This document shows, piece by piece, positions 10,024 to 19,902 of a stretch of DNA of 64,000 nt. Made by a program: the position numbers and the translations under genes. Under the pieces are notes generated by a model. The model ran no database searches. It was not told where the DNA came from and saw nothing but the letters and a program-made list of their open reading frames with translations. How positions within the stretch are numbered: position 1 is the stretch's first letter; every line of letters starts with the position of its first letter. The stretch comes from an uncultured virus (IMG/VR IMGVR_UViG_3300042314_001187) (taxonomy: Duplodnaviria; Heunggongvirae; Uroviricota; Caudoviricetes), in the IMG/VR virus record IMGVR_UViG_3300042314_001187, positions 62,001 to 126,000 of that record; one strand, given 5' to 3'.

Positions 10024-10188
10024 ATGTCTGAAGATAATAAAAAAGTAAAAAATTTAAAAATTAGTGAAGAGGTTCACGAAATTTTGAAAAACTATTGTGA
10101 TAAAAGAGGTATAAAAATATACCGATTTTTAGAGAAATTAATTGTTGAAAAGTGTAAAGATAAAAAGGATATTTACGGTGAAAATTAA
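10024..10188 (+). CDS. 54-aa ribbon-helix-helix-like DNA-binding protein (missing from the ORF track)
   Basis: MSEDNKKVKNLKISEEVHEILKNYCDKRGIKIYRFLEKLIVEKCKDKKDIYGEN; strand-helix-G-helix pattern; TATTTAT at 9982-9988. Confidence 0.65.
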   Translation: MSEDNKKVKNLKISEEVHEILKNYCDKRGIKIYRFLEKLIVEKCKDKKDIYGEN

Positions 10189-11228
10189 AGTAACTCGTTG
10201 TTAAATTTAATCGTCGAATCAATTGTGTTATCTTTTTTTGTTACAACAATTCTCAATATATCACCATAGTTAATTTGAATTTCACTAACGTCATTTCCAT
10301 AATATTGGTTATTAATATAAACCTCAAAAGTGGTTACGTTAACCATATCACCTAAGTTTAAATTAACATTGTACTCAAATAATTGAGTTATTGTATTGTT
10401 ACCAACAACAAACAATACATTTAGTTCAGTACTGTTAGGATTAGTATTTGGTTTATTTTGTTTTCTTGATTTATTAGTGTCAACCTCATAAACTTGTAAT
10501 AAACGATTTATTGCTGGAGAAACTTCAAATTCATCCTCATCAATTAAAAACCCTAACATTGTAAAGTCATAACTTTGAACATAGTATCTTCTTTTTTCTA
10601 AATCATTAACAGACTCATCGTTTATACCCATATTTACAATCGGAATGTAATGTCCTTTAATATTTGCGTAGGCTTGTCTTGATGCGAATTTTTCTAATAC
10701 AATTTGATTAAACTTATTTAATTCCCTCATTCTGTTACACACAATCTTAACTTGATATTGTATATCAACAGGAACAGGTTGAGGTATTTTGTAAATATCC
10801 ATACCATTTCTTTGACCGTCCCAAGTTGGAACTTGAGCATAAAAGTATTGTCTTCTATTTGGAATGTTATATACGGTGGAAGGGTTAGTCCCAAATTTAA
10901 CTTCAGGAATTCTAACAACAGTTATAAATGGAGGTTCAACATTCTTATCGAGATTTTGGATATCCCAAGTTTCAACAAATTGAGACCAATTTTGTGTTGT
11001 TATTAAAATATCAACCATTGGGATTGTTTTACCTTCAATAACAGTTTTCAATTCATTTTTTACAAAATCTAAAAAACCTTTATCTAAATCGGCATGCAAT
11101 AATGATTTAGGGAGGTAAGTTCCATCCCTATTAATCTTTTCCAATAATTCATACCTTCTTGGTAATAAAGTTTTTTCTTCCGTTAATGGAAGATTCTTTT
11201 TAATATTATTTTTCTTTGGTAATGCCAT
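10185..11228 (-). CDS. Probable tail completion/terminator or neck protein
   Basis: Immediately upstream of the sheath; PPFITVVR, PQPVPVDIQYQVKI pattern like gp15-type proteins. Confidence 0.5.
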   Translation of the reverse strand: MALPKKNNIKKNLPLTEEKTLLPRRYELLEKINRDGTYLPKSLLHADLDKGFLDFVKNELKTVIEGKTIPMVDILITTQNWSQFVETWDIQNLDKNVEPPFITVVRIPEVKFGTNPSTVYNIPNRRQYFYAQVPTWDGQRNGMDIYKIPQPVPVDIQYQVKIVCNRMRELNKFNQIVLEKFASRQAYANIKGHYIPIVNMGINDESVNDLEKRRYYVQSYDFTMLGFLIDEDEFEVSPAINRLLQVYEVDTNKSRKQNKPNTNPNSTELNVLFVVGNNTITQLFEYNVNLNLGDMVNVTTFEVYINNQYYGNDVSEIQINYGDILRIVVTKKDNTIDSTIKFNNELL

Positions 11229-11235
11229 TTGTTAT

Positions 11236-11751
11236 TTATAACCCTCTAAATTCATTATTAGTAACAGGTGACGCCACAATACTACGATAGAATGGTTTGT
11301 AACCACCATAAGTATGTTTGTTGTCAGAAACAATCCTACCATCATTATTAACCGTGTAATATCTAACAACATCTTCAGTTTCGTAATATGCTATATAATC
11401 ACCAAAATCAATATCAATACCTAACTCATCTAAATGTTTTTGGTAAACACCTACTTTAATATTACCCGGTTCAAACTGCTCTATCTTAGAATTACCAATC
11501 ATTTTGTTCTCAGGTGCTAATACTTGAACATAACCTTTAAACTCGACAGGTGATAAAAATTTAATACCATCACTAACCGTTTCACCATAAACATCATCAG
11601 TTTTAGTTTTAATTCGGTCAATACGATATAATACTAGTGTAAAGTTCATATCACCGTGTAACCACTCTTCACCCATATTAATATCAAGGTTATAATCTTC
11701 ACCACCGAAGAATTTACCTAAACGATTTATTGGAATTCTATTGTTAGACAT
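11236..11751 (-). CDS. Probable head closure/neck protein (gp14-like); start revised to 11751
   Basis: LYRID..KT..DDVYGE, GDYIAY...YYTV; the TATTTAT motif lies inside the track's 5' extension. Confidence 0.55.
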   Translation of the reverse strand: MSNNRIPINRLGKFFGGEDYNLDINMGEEWLHGDMNFTLVLYRIDRIKTKTDDVYGETVSDGIKFLSPVEFKGYVQVLAPENKMIGNSKIEQFEPGNIKVGVYQKHLDELGIDIDFGDYIAYYETEDVVRYYTVNNDGRIVSDNKHTYGGYKPFYRSIVASPVTNNEFRGL

Positions 11752-11798
11752 ATTGATAAATATCATAATATTTATTATTTTATAACAAACAGATTGTT

Positions 11799-13556
11799 TT
11801 GGAAGATAAAATAATTACAATAGAACAGAAAGCGATAAAGTTACTTGAATCATACTCAGGAGCAAACAACTATATAATTAAGTTAAAAAATCAAAAAGAA
11901 AAAAATAAAAACTTTTACCCAACTAGGTCTCAATCAGATTATATTATCAATTATTCAGAAACACAACCAAAAGTTGCAAAAAAATGGGTTGAGTTAGACC
12001 CTTACTTTGCAAAAAAAATTGCTAACGATAATTTATTCACTGAAATTCCAAAAGAAATGTGGGTTGAGAAATTATTGGTTGAGAAAGATAAATCATATCA
12101 TGTTTGGGGTAAGTTTTTTGAAAGTGAAACTATTCGTGATTTGTGGTTACCAAAAGGTGCGTTATTAAAAACTCATAGAACTGAAGATATTAATGTTGAT
12201 TACACGAAGTATTCTCACCGACCCCCATTAGAACATCAGAAAATTGCAATCGAATCATTAGCGGGTTCTAAACGATACATATTAGCAGATGATATGGGGT
12301 TAGGTAAAACAACTTCAACAATTATAGCGGCGTTAGAAACAGATGCAAAAAAGATATTGATTATCTGTCCCGCAACTTTAAAGATAAATTGGCAAAGAGA
12401 AATTGAGAATTATTCTGACAGACCTGTGTACATTTGTGAAGGTAAGAATTTCTCAACGGAACACGATTTTGTGATTGTTAATTACGACATTATTAAAAAC
12501 TTTTACGACCTCAAAGATAAACAAAATTCATTAATTACCCAAAGTAATTTTGATTTAGTTATCATTGATGAGGCTCACTATATACAGAACGCCCAGGCAC
12601 AGAGAACAAAATTAATTAATAGTTTTGCAAAAGACATCAATCGAGTTTGGTTATTAACAGGAACGCCTATGACCTCAAGACCGATGAACTATTTTAATCT
12701 ATTAAATATAATCGAAAGTCCCGTGGCACAAAATTGGATGGCTTATGCTATTAGATACTGTCAAGGTTACCAATTTAATGCGGGAAAACGAAAAATTTGG
12801 AATGTGTCAGGGGCGTCTAATTTAGAAGAACTAAGAGACCGTACATCAAGACAGGTGTTGAGGAGATTGAAAGAGGATGTATTAGATTTACCTGATAAAA
12901 TCATAACCCCCGTTTATCTTAGATTAAAATCGAAAGAATACGAAACAGAAGTTGGGGAATACTATGATTGGTATGAAAATAAAAAAGAAGAGTCTAAATC
13001 ATTAACAATACAGTTTAGTAGGTTAATGAAAGTTAGACAGATAATTGCGGAAGAGAAAATAAAGCAAACAATAGAACTAGCCGAAAATATTATAGAACAA
13101 GGTAAGAAAGTTATTATTTTTACTAACTTTACTGATACTTTGAGAAAGATACACGAACACTTTGGTAAACAATCAGTTTATTTAGATGGTTCTTGTACTA
13201 AACCACAAAGACAATATGCTGTGGACCAATTCCAAGAGAACGAAAAAATCAAAGTGTTTGTTGGAAACTTGAAAGCTGCGGGTGTTGGAATTACTCTCAC
13301 CGCTGGTGAGGCTTGTATTATGAATGACTTATCATTCGTCCCTTCAGACCATTCACAAGCTGAAGACCGAGCGTATAGATACGGACAAAAGTCTAACGTA
13401 TCAGTTTATTACCCAATATTTGAAAACACTATTGAGGGTATAATTTACGATATGTTAACAAACAAGAAAAATATCTTTGAAACGGTAATGGGGGATAATA
13501 TTGAGAAAGGTGACATTGTAGAACAGATGATGAATCTCATAAATCAAAGGAGATAA
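11799..13556 (+). CDS. SNF2-family helicase (SMARCAL1/HARP-like)
   Basis: LADDMGLGKT, DEAH, LTGTP, AAGVGITLT, QAEDRAYRYGQ. Confidence 0.92.
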   Translation: MEDKIITIEQKAIKLLESYSGANNYIIKLKNQKEKNKNFYPTRSQSDYIINYSETQPKVAKKWVELDPYFAKKIANDNLFTEIPKEMWVEKLLVEKDKSYHVWGKFFESETIRDLWLPKGALLKTHRTEDINVDYTKYSHRPPLEHQKIAIESLAGSKRYILADDMGLGKTTSTIIAALETDAKKILIICPATLKINWQREIENYSDRPVYICEGKNFSTEHDFVIVNYDIIKNFYDLKDKQNSLITQSNFDLVIIDEAHYIQNAQAQRTKLINSFAKDINRVWLLTGTPMTSRPMNYFNLLNIIESPVAQNWMAYAIRYCQGYQFNAGKRKIWNVSGASNLEELRDRTSRQVLRRLKEDVLDLPDKIITPVYLRLKSKEYETEVGEYYDWYENKKEESKSLTIQFSRLMKVRQIIAEEKIKQTIELAENIIEQGKKVIIFTNFTDTLRKIHEHFGKQSVYLDGSCTKPQRQYAVDQFQENEKIKVFVGNLKAAGVGITLTAGEACIMNDLSFVPSDHSQAEDRAYRYGQKSNVSVYYPIFENTIEGIIYDMLTNKKNIFETVMGDNIEKGDIVEQMMNLINQRR

Positions 13557-13597
13557 TTCAACCCTTCCGCTTATTTATGTTATATAAAATAAGCGAT

Positions 13598-15136
13598 ATG
13601 AATGTAATCGAAAAAAAAGTTGAAATAATAAATAAACAACTAAATGAGATTGAAGTTAAGAAAAACAAAGAATTGTTCTTAACTGAAATGAAGAAAATTG
13701 GAATTGAAAAGTTACCATACTCCTATACTGCCTTAAAACAATTTATTGATGCGGAAACGATGTCATACCATTATAATAAACATTATAAAGGATATGTTGA
13801 GAAGTTAAATAAAGCGTTATCAAAAGGGAAATACGGTGATTTGGAACTTGAGGATATTATTAAAAATATTGGTAAGTACAATAAAACAATTAGAAACAAT
13901 GCCGGTGGTGCTTTTAACCACGCGTTGTTTTGGAAGATGTTAACACCAACCACACAAAAACCATCAGGTGAAGTTTACAAAAAAATTATATCACAATTTA
14001 AAACTTTAGCGAATTTTAAAACTAAATTTGAGGAAGTTGCTAAAGATGGGTTTGGTTCAGGATGGGTTTGGTTGGTTTTATCAAGTAATAAGACATTAAA
14101 AATTATAACGACACCAAATCAAGATAATCCATTAATGAATATCATTAAGAATGGGGGTTATCCTTTGTTAGGGCTTGATTTATGGGAACACGCCTATTAT
14201 TTAAAATACCGTAACAAAAGAGACGAGTATATTAAAAACTTTTGGAAGTGTGTGAATTGGGAATTTGTTAACCAACTTTACTCAATGAAAACTAATAAAA
14301 CGTTAACTGAAAGTGTTAGGATTAATCAATTAATTATGGAACAAAAATCTGAAAAATGTAGTCCTTCTATTACTGAAGAAATTAGAAAGGTTTTTAATTC
14401 AAACCCCACTGTAAAATACATCTACAAACAATCAATAGATAGAATTCTTAAAGAAGTATTTCCTGATAACTACTATGGAGTTAATGAATATGGTGAAGGT
14501 GAAATGTCAGGTATTTATGACTTAGAAAATCAAGGTAGGTCCGTTATTAATAAATTAAACACTAATTACAGTTGTTTCTGTGTGTTATTAAACGATATTA
14601 ATACAGTTCTAAAAAAGAAAGGTATTAGTCCAATTTATTTAATTGGTAAATCAAAAACAGAACAAAATAATGCAACAGATAAATTTGTTAGTATCATTGA
14701 TAAATTTAAAGAAAGAATATTCAACACTGAATCATCAACATTTTTAAATTTAATGTCAATCTTAAACCAAACTAATAAGTGGGGTGATGTTAGAGAAGAT
14801 TTGGTGGTTAAAAAATTAAAACCAATTTTTGGTGAAAAAAATGTTACTAAGGTAGGTCAATTAGGTAGTCGTGAAGATATGATTGGTGGTATTGATTGTG
14901 AAATAATTATTGACGGAGTAAACAACACCGCACAAATCAAACCATTTACTTACACAAAAAATATCAACGGTTTTGTTACTGTTTTTGGTTCTGGTAATGT
15001 TAAAAAATATAATACCGACTTATTAATTTTTGCGAACAGTAAAGAACAGATTTTAGTTTTTAAAAATAGTGATTCTAAAATTGTTAATGGAACTTTTGTT
15101 TTTCCTGAAAACAATTTAATTTACACAGTAGATTGA
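13598..15136 (+). CDS. sodA: Fe/Mn superoxide dismutase (Mn-type signature) fused to a C-terminal PD-(D/E)XK-like domain
   Basis: LPYSY.AL, HYNKH, NNAGGAFNHALFW, GSGWVW, NQDNP, DLWEHAYY; C-terminal EDM..GID..AQIK. Start probably 13598. Confidence 0.85.
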   Translation: MNVIEKKVEIINKQLNEIEVKKNKELFLTEMKKIGIEKLPYSYTALKQFIDAETMSYHYNKHYKGYVEKLNKALSKGKYGDLELEDIIKNIGKYNKTIRNNAGGAFNHALFWKMLTPTTQKPSGEVYKKIISQFKTLANFKTKFEEVAKDGFGSGWVWLVLSSNKTLKIITTPNQDNPLMNIIKNGGYPLLGLDLWEHAYYLKYRNKRDEYIKNFWKCVNWEFVNQLYSMKTNKTLTESVRINQLIMEQKSEKCSPSITEEIRKVFNSNPTVKYIYKQSIDRILKEVFPDNYYGVNEYGEGEMSGIYDLENQGRSVINKLNTNYSCFCVLLNDINTVLKKKGISPIYLIGKSKTEQNNATDKFVSIIDKFKERIFNTESSTFLNLMSILNQTNKWGDVREDLVVKKLKPIFGEKNVTKVGQLGSREDMIGGIDCEIIIDGVNNTAQIKPFTYTKNINGFVTVFGSGNVKKYNTDLLIFANSKEQILVFKNSDSKIVNGTFVFPENNLIYTVD

Positions 15137-15158
15137 TATTTATATAGAAAACACTATC

Positions 15159-16286
15159 ATGGCAGTAATTTCAGAACCACATAGAAGTGAGTTATATCGT
15201 AAAGTTAGGCACTTACTTGGAGCACCATTACGTTCAGTCGAATTAGATGATGAACAAATGGACACTCTTTTAGAATTCTCTATTGATGATTATTCGGAGC
15301 AAATCCAAAATTGGTTAACAGAATCACAATGGACTTCCTTAAATAATTTGAACTTAGATACTCAATCGTTATCTAAAGCGTTTGTTACTAAAAGTATTGA
15401 TTATGAAACAAGATATACGTACGCATATTCTAAGATAGTTGGTTTACAAGCCGGTGGTGATTGGGTATTGAAAAAAGATTATATTGAATTACAAAGAAAT
15501 CAACAAATATACGAAATTCCGGCTAATAGAGAAATTAATGAAATTTTGTGGTTTTCACCAGCAGAATTAAATAACGCAATGTTTGACCCTTGGTCTTTCG
15601 GTGCTTTAGGTGCCGGTGGTGGACTTGGTGGTGGGGGTGGTCTCGCTCAAATGGGTAATACAGGTGGTAGTTTCTTATTAATGCCGGCATTCGATATGTT
15701 ATTGAGAATGCAAGAGATTAATATACAAAGAAGGATTATAACAGGTGAATTAACTTATAAGATAACCGCATTACCTGATGGTAAAAAAGCATTACATTTA
15801 ATGAATACACCGGGTGGTAAATTTGACTTTGGTAATTCCACAATGATGAGAGGTAAAGTTTGGTATCATTATTATGATGCGGGTCCTGATGATAGAGACA
15901 AGTGTTTAAAAGATAATCCTGATATAATCAAATTACCGTCAGACGTACCTTTCGATAAAATGAATTGGACAGATTTAAATCAACCAGCACAAGTTTGGGT
16001 TAGACGTTGGTTTGTTGCGTCTTGTAAAGAAACTTTATCAAAAGTTAGAGGTAAATATAGTGGTAACTTAAAAACACCTGATTCTGAATTAACTATGGAT
16101 TATCAAACTTTAGCAACTGAAGGTAAAGATGAAAAAACTAAATTAATTGAAGAGTTAACGGGTGCTGAAGGTAAATTAACAAGATTAAAACCTGATAAAG
16201 TTATGGAACGTGAAGCTTTACTAGCTGAAAATTTAAATAAACATTTAAAATTTAGAGCGATGCCGAGAGGTATCTATGTTATTTAA
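15159..16286 (+). CDS. Neck/head-tail adaptor protein (gp13-like)
   Basis: LGAP..SVELDDEQ N-terminus; WVRRW..A..KETL..VRGKY..L.MDY..L..EG..E...L.EEL C-terminus. Confidence 0.7.
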   Translation: MAVISEPHRSELYRKVRHLLGAPLRSVELDDEQMDTLLEFSIDDYSEQIQNWLTESQWTSLNNLNLDTQSLSKAFVTKSIDYETRYTYAYSKIVGLQAGGDWVLKKDYIELQRNQQIYEIPANREINEILWFSPAELNNAMFDPWSFGALGAGGGLGGGGGLAQMGNTGGSFLLMPAFDMLLRMQEINIQRRIITGELTYKITALPDGKKALHLMNTPGGKFDFGNSTMMRGKVWYHYYDAGPDDRDKCLKDNPDIIKLPSDVPFDKMNWTDLNQPAQVWVRRWFVASCKETLSKVRGKYSGNLKTPDSELTMDYQTLATEGKDEKTKLIEELTGAEGKLTRLKPDKVMEREALLAENLNKHLKFRAMPRGIYVI

Positions 16287-16287
16287 T

Positions 16288-16632
16288 ATGGAACATCCAA
16301 GAAATACTGACAAAAAACGAATTAGTGAAAAATATTATTTAAGAGGGATTGGTAATCCTATTAGCCGAATTGTTAGAGATGAGGTTTATAAAACTGATGG
16401 TGAATATTTTATAGTTGTTAAAGATGTTGAAAATTGTCGATTACAACTTGATTCAAACACTACTAATCATATCAGAATTAAAGCGTTATCGAGAATATTA
16501 GTATCACCATTAGTTGGTAGTATTGATGAAGAATACGACGAAATATTAATGGAAATAGGTTCTTGTGTTGAGTTCTTACATATTGAGGGGACTTGGTATA
16601 TTGTGTCGTCTGACGGATTGAAACTGAACTAG
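16288..16632 (+). CDS. Hypothetical small beta-rich protein, probably structural
   Basis: ATG 2 nt after the neck gene stop; IDEEYDEI..GSCVEF..GTWYI. Confidence 0.6.
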   Translation: MEHPRNTDKKRISEKYYLRGIGNPISRIVRDEVYKTDGEYFIVVKDVENCRLQLDSNTTNHIRIKALSRILVSPLVGSIDEEYDEILMEIGSCVEFLHIEGTWYIVSSDGLKLN

Positions 16633-16637
16633 TTAAG

Positions 16638-16669
16638 TTCACAGAGGGAAATTGACTTCCCTCTGTGAA
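16638..16669. terminator. Perfect 13-bp hairpin between convergent genes
   Basis: TTCACAGAGGGAA-ATTGAC-TTCCCTCTGTGAA. Confidence 0.8.
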
Positions 16670-16670
16670 A

Positions 16671-19613
16671 TTATACAAACACCTCATAACCATCACTAGC
16701 CAAATCATAAATGTAATCAGGACTAACATTAATGTTATTCCAAAATTCAACTTCTTTCTCAGTAATTGTTAATAAATCCTCAACAGTGTCTTGGTCTTCA
16801 GGTTTAAACGGTTGACCATTAGTTAACTGACATTGGTCAGTAGTAAAGAAACCTCTATCTTCAGGGTCAGTAACTAATAAGTTTTTTCTAACATCTTCAT
16901 TAAAAACAATCAATAACGGTTCGATACGTTTATTAAATGTTGTTATAGCTCTCGGAACATTATATTCACCTAACATATCAGGGTTATTCTCGATATCTGA
17001 TGTGTTTAGTATGTAACAATTTAACTTAACCGCCGACTCCATAGTATCACCGTTTGCGAATCTATAAGCAACATCCGTAGGGACACCTGTGTTAGCTTCT
17101 TTATTATTCGCGTCACTACGAACCCAGTTATCTTCAGACCAAGATTTTTCCCAACCATTTTTAAGTAGAAATTTTTCCATTTCTTTATAACTTTCATTAT
17201 TTGTGTTAAACAAATCAAGTTGTTCTTGTTTCCAACCATTTTTTGGTTTGTTAACTTTTTGAACATCACCGTGAGACGGACGAATACCATTGTTAACATA
17301 ATAGATAACATCACCTAACTGAGTGTTCATATTATGTTTAATTGCCAATTCCATATGTGCCATTCTTGACATTGACCCACCTGATTTAGTCTTTTGTGTT
17401 GTTCTTGTTAAATAATCTTTAATTGATAATTTAACTTTTGCTCGTTGGGCAATTTGCATCAACGGGATTTCTTGGTTAAATATTTTAGTTACGTATTCAT
17501 AATACCACTCAACAAATTCTTTACCTTGACCTTCTAACAAATGGTTAACCCCCTTGTCTAAGAATTTCTCAATATACAATGGTAACTTTTTAGATTTGAT
17601 AGTATTACCTGTTAATTTAACTTTCCCTTTGTGTTCCATAGTTGCGTAGTTCTTTCTTGCTAAGTTGATACAAGATTTCCAAGTTCCATCACAGTCAAGA
17701 CCCATAGCACCTCTCATAAACAAATCATTAAACTCAGCAACATCAGCGTCATACCCTGTGTATTCTTTACCTTCTTTAACTAACCAATTCAGACCTTTAC
17801 CAACATATTTTCTATCGTCAACACCACCTTCAGGTAATGAGAAGTTCATACCATCGGTATCACATACAAGTGGAGTGTAACCACGTTTTCTAAAGAACAA
17901 CAACATTTGTCTTAGGTATTGTCTACCGGTACAAGTAATCTTCTCACCTTTATCCATATCCCCCCAAGCGAATACTTGTGGTGCGGATAACGCACCGAAT
18001 AGGGAGTTGATGAAAATCTTAATCGGTAATTGTTTACGGTCAAATTTAAGTGATGTCTTTTTATCCTTACTTTCCCATTCTTTCGCCAAGTTTTTATACA
18101 TAATACGAGAGTTACGGAAATATGCTAACATTCCTTTCATCGCACCTGTAACGTCACACTCAGGGAACACATCGTGAACCAACTGAATTGATGGATATAG
18201 AGACGAGTAATCGAGTTTTAGTACGTCTTTCGAATAACCAACCATTAAGAGACGAGAAAGTCCTCCTACGAAGTCCCTTTTCTCTTGTTTCTTGGGGATT
18301 GCTAATTTGTGTTTATAAGACCACGCTAACATAATCATCTTCCATAATGTTGCGGTTCCCATTGTTGATACACGTTCATAAGTTGTTGGAACTAAGGATG
18401 CTAATAGAAACGTTCCTTGGTTGAATTCCTCATCCACCAATAACGTTTCCTCAAGGTCATCGTCAAGATAACGCTCAACTAAATCATCACCTGTTGTTTT
18501 AATGTAAACATCAGGATGACGTTCACAAACCTCATCAATCTTTTCACTAAACCCAACTTTTTTATAGTTACCGTTCTCAACATTTAACCAATATTCTTCT
18601 TTCTTCGCATAGAAAGGTCCGATATCTAAGTGGTCGATATATACACGGTCTTTAGCTTCAGCATCAATATATTTGGTAATATACTTCAAACCCGCAGATT
18701 TAATACCTGAATTGATTGCTTGAGCTCTACGAACAGAGTGGATGATATCAATAACATTATATCCCCACATACCAACTTGGTTGTATCTCTCAACCTCATT
18801 CGCTAACTTTAATAAGTTCTCAGATTGTTTAATTGAGTGTTTAGGGTTTAATGTCTTACAGATTCTTTTAATATCAATATTAAGAGCTTTACATCTTTCG
18901 AATATCCAAAACCAATCGAAGTTTGCTGAGTTATACCCACCAATAATACTTGGTTTAAGTTCATCAATAATATTGAAGAATTCCACAAGACCTCTACGTT
19001 CTGAATCATCATCAGGACATTCGATTACTTTCTTGAATCCTTTATTGGTTTTTATTCCAATCATAAAGATACGACCGTCTTTAGGTTCTAATGCGGTCGT
19101 CTCTAAGTCGAATCCAAACCTCGTAAGGTCATTGTATTCTTCGAATCCTTTAAATAATCTTTTTTCTCGTGAAATTAAGTATTGTTCTACCGGTGGTAGA
19201 ATCATAATTCTATCTTTTGATTTTTCACCCCAAGGTTCTAATCCACCTTCTTTGAAGAATTGAATTAATGAACGGTAACCTTTTAAAGATTTAACCAAAT
19301 ACTTTAATCCTTCTTCTAATCTTTCATTGGGGGTTCCATCTTCATTCTCAGTTCTTAAACGCTCAATGATGATGTTATGTTTTGACATACCGGCTTTTTG
19401 TTCGTGTTTAGAGGAGTTATAAAAATTTAATCCTCTTAAATCTCCAACCCACGCAAATGCGGTAAACGTATCTTTTTTGATTTCTTTTCCTTTCCCAGGA
19501 ATCTCTTTGATTTTGTAAACACAATCACCCGCATAGTCAAATTCTATAGCGACGATATGTTCTTCAGGGTCATTCCCTTCTAGGAATGATTTGATTTCTT
19601 CTTCACTAATCAT
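16671..19613 (-). CDS. Family B DNA polymerase with 3'-5' exonuclease; start revised to 19613 (MISEEE)
   Basis: Exo FDLETT, GYNSANFD, YLDDD; Pol LDYSSLYPSI, KIFINSLFG, CDTDG, KNYA. Confidence 0.95.
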   Translation of the reverse strand: MISEEEIKSFLEGNDPEEHIVAIEFDYAGDCVYKIKEIPGKGKEIKKDTFTAFAWVGDLRGLNFYNSSKHEQKAGMSKHNIIIERLRTENEDGTPNERLEEGLKYLVKSLKGYRSLIQFFKEGGLEPWGEKSKDRIMILPPVEQYLISREKRLFKGFEEYNDLTRFGFDLETTALEPKDGRIFMIGIKTNKGFKKVIECPDDDSERRGLVEFFNIIDELKPSIIGGYNSANFDWFWIFERCKALNIDIKRICKTLNPKHSIKQSENLLKLANEVERYNQVGMWGYNVIDIIHSVRRAQAINSGIKSAGLKYITKYIDAEAKDRVYIDHLDIGPFYAKKEEYWLNVENGNYKKVGFSEKIDEVCERHPDVYIKTTGDDLVERYLDDDLEETLLVDEEFNQGTFLLASLVPTTYERVSTMGTATLWKMIMLAWSYKHKLAIPKKQEKRDFVGGLSRLLMVGYSKDVLKLDYSSLYPSIQLVHDVFPECDVTGAMKGMLAYFRNSRIMYKNLAKEWESKDKKTSLKFDRKQLPIKIFINSLFGALSAPQVFAWGDMDKGEKITCTGRQYLRQMLLFFRKRGYTPLVCDTDGMNFSLPEGGVDDRKYVGKGLNWLVKEGKEYTGYDADVAEFNDLFMRGAMGLDCDGTWKSCINLARKNYATMEHKGKVKLTGNTIKSKKLPLYIEKFLDKGVNHLLEGQGKEFVEWYYEYVTKIFNQEIPLMQIAQRAKVKLSIKDYLTRTTQKTKSGGSMSRMAHMELAIKHNMNTQLGDVIYYVNNGIRPSHGDVQKVNKPKNGWKQEQLDLFNTNNESYKEMEKFLLKNGWEKSWSEDNWVRSDANNKEANTGVPTDVAYRFANGDTMESAVKLNCYILNTSDIENNPDMLGEYNVPRAITTFNKRIEPLLIVFNEDVRKNLLVTDPEDRGFFTTDQCQLTNGQPFKPEDQDTVEDLLTITEKEVEFWNNINVSPDYIYDLASDGYEVFV

Positions 19614-19675
19614 ATACTTTATTTTAAATGGTCCATTAGCTGTCGTAACCAAACGACATTTACCTTACTAAATAA

Positions 19676-19704
19676 AGTATATGATTAAAATGGGTCATTG
19701 TCAA
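19676..19704 (-). promoter_or_regulatory. Sigma70-type promoter of the DNA polymerase gene
   Basis: TTGACA-17 nt-TATACT on the minus strand. Confidence 0.7.
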
Positions 19705-19895
19705 TTTCTTCTTAGGTTAAAAGATGTGTATATTTTTAAATCATTTTCTTGATATGTGTTTAATAGTAAACTCATAATATTTTTAAATTCGTCAATATTA
19801 AACATTTTACTTTCATTAATATTATCAACCCATATATTTTCATCTAACGACAATAAAAATTTTTGGTCTATATTTCTTTGTATTTTTTTAAACAT
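19701..19895 (-). CDS. Hypothetical protein (64 aa)
   Basis: Co-oriented ORF filling the gap after 19903..20598. Confidence 0.45.
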   Translation of the reverse strand: MFKKIQRNIDQKFLLSLDENIWVDNINESKMFNIDEFKNIMSLLLNTYQENDLKIYTSFNLRRN

Positions 19896-19902
19896 AATTT
19901 TT

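Noticed and set aside
17030..17260. Intein or intron in the DNA polymerase
   Set aside because: The segment is short and in frame, with no Cys/Ser start, no His-Asn end and no homing endonuclease motif.
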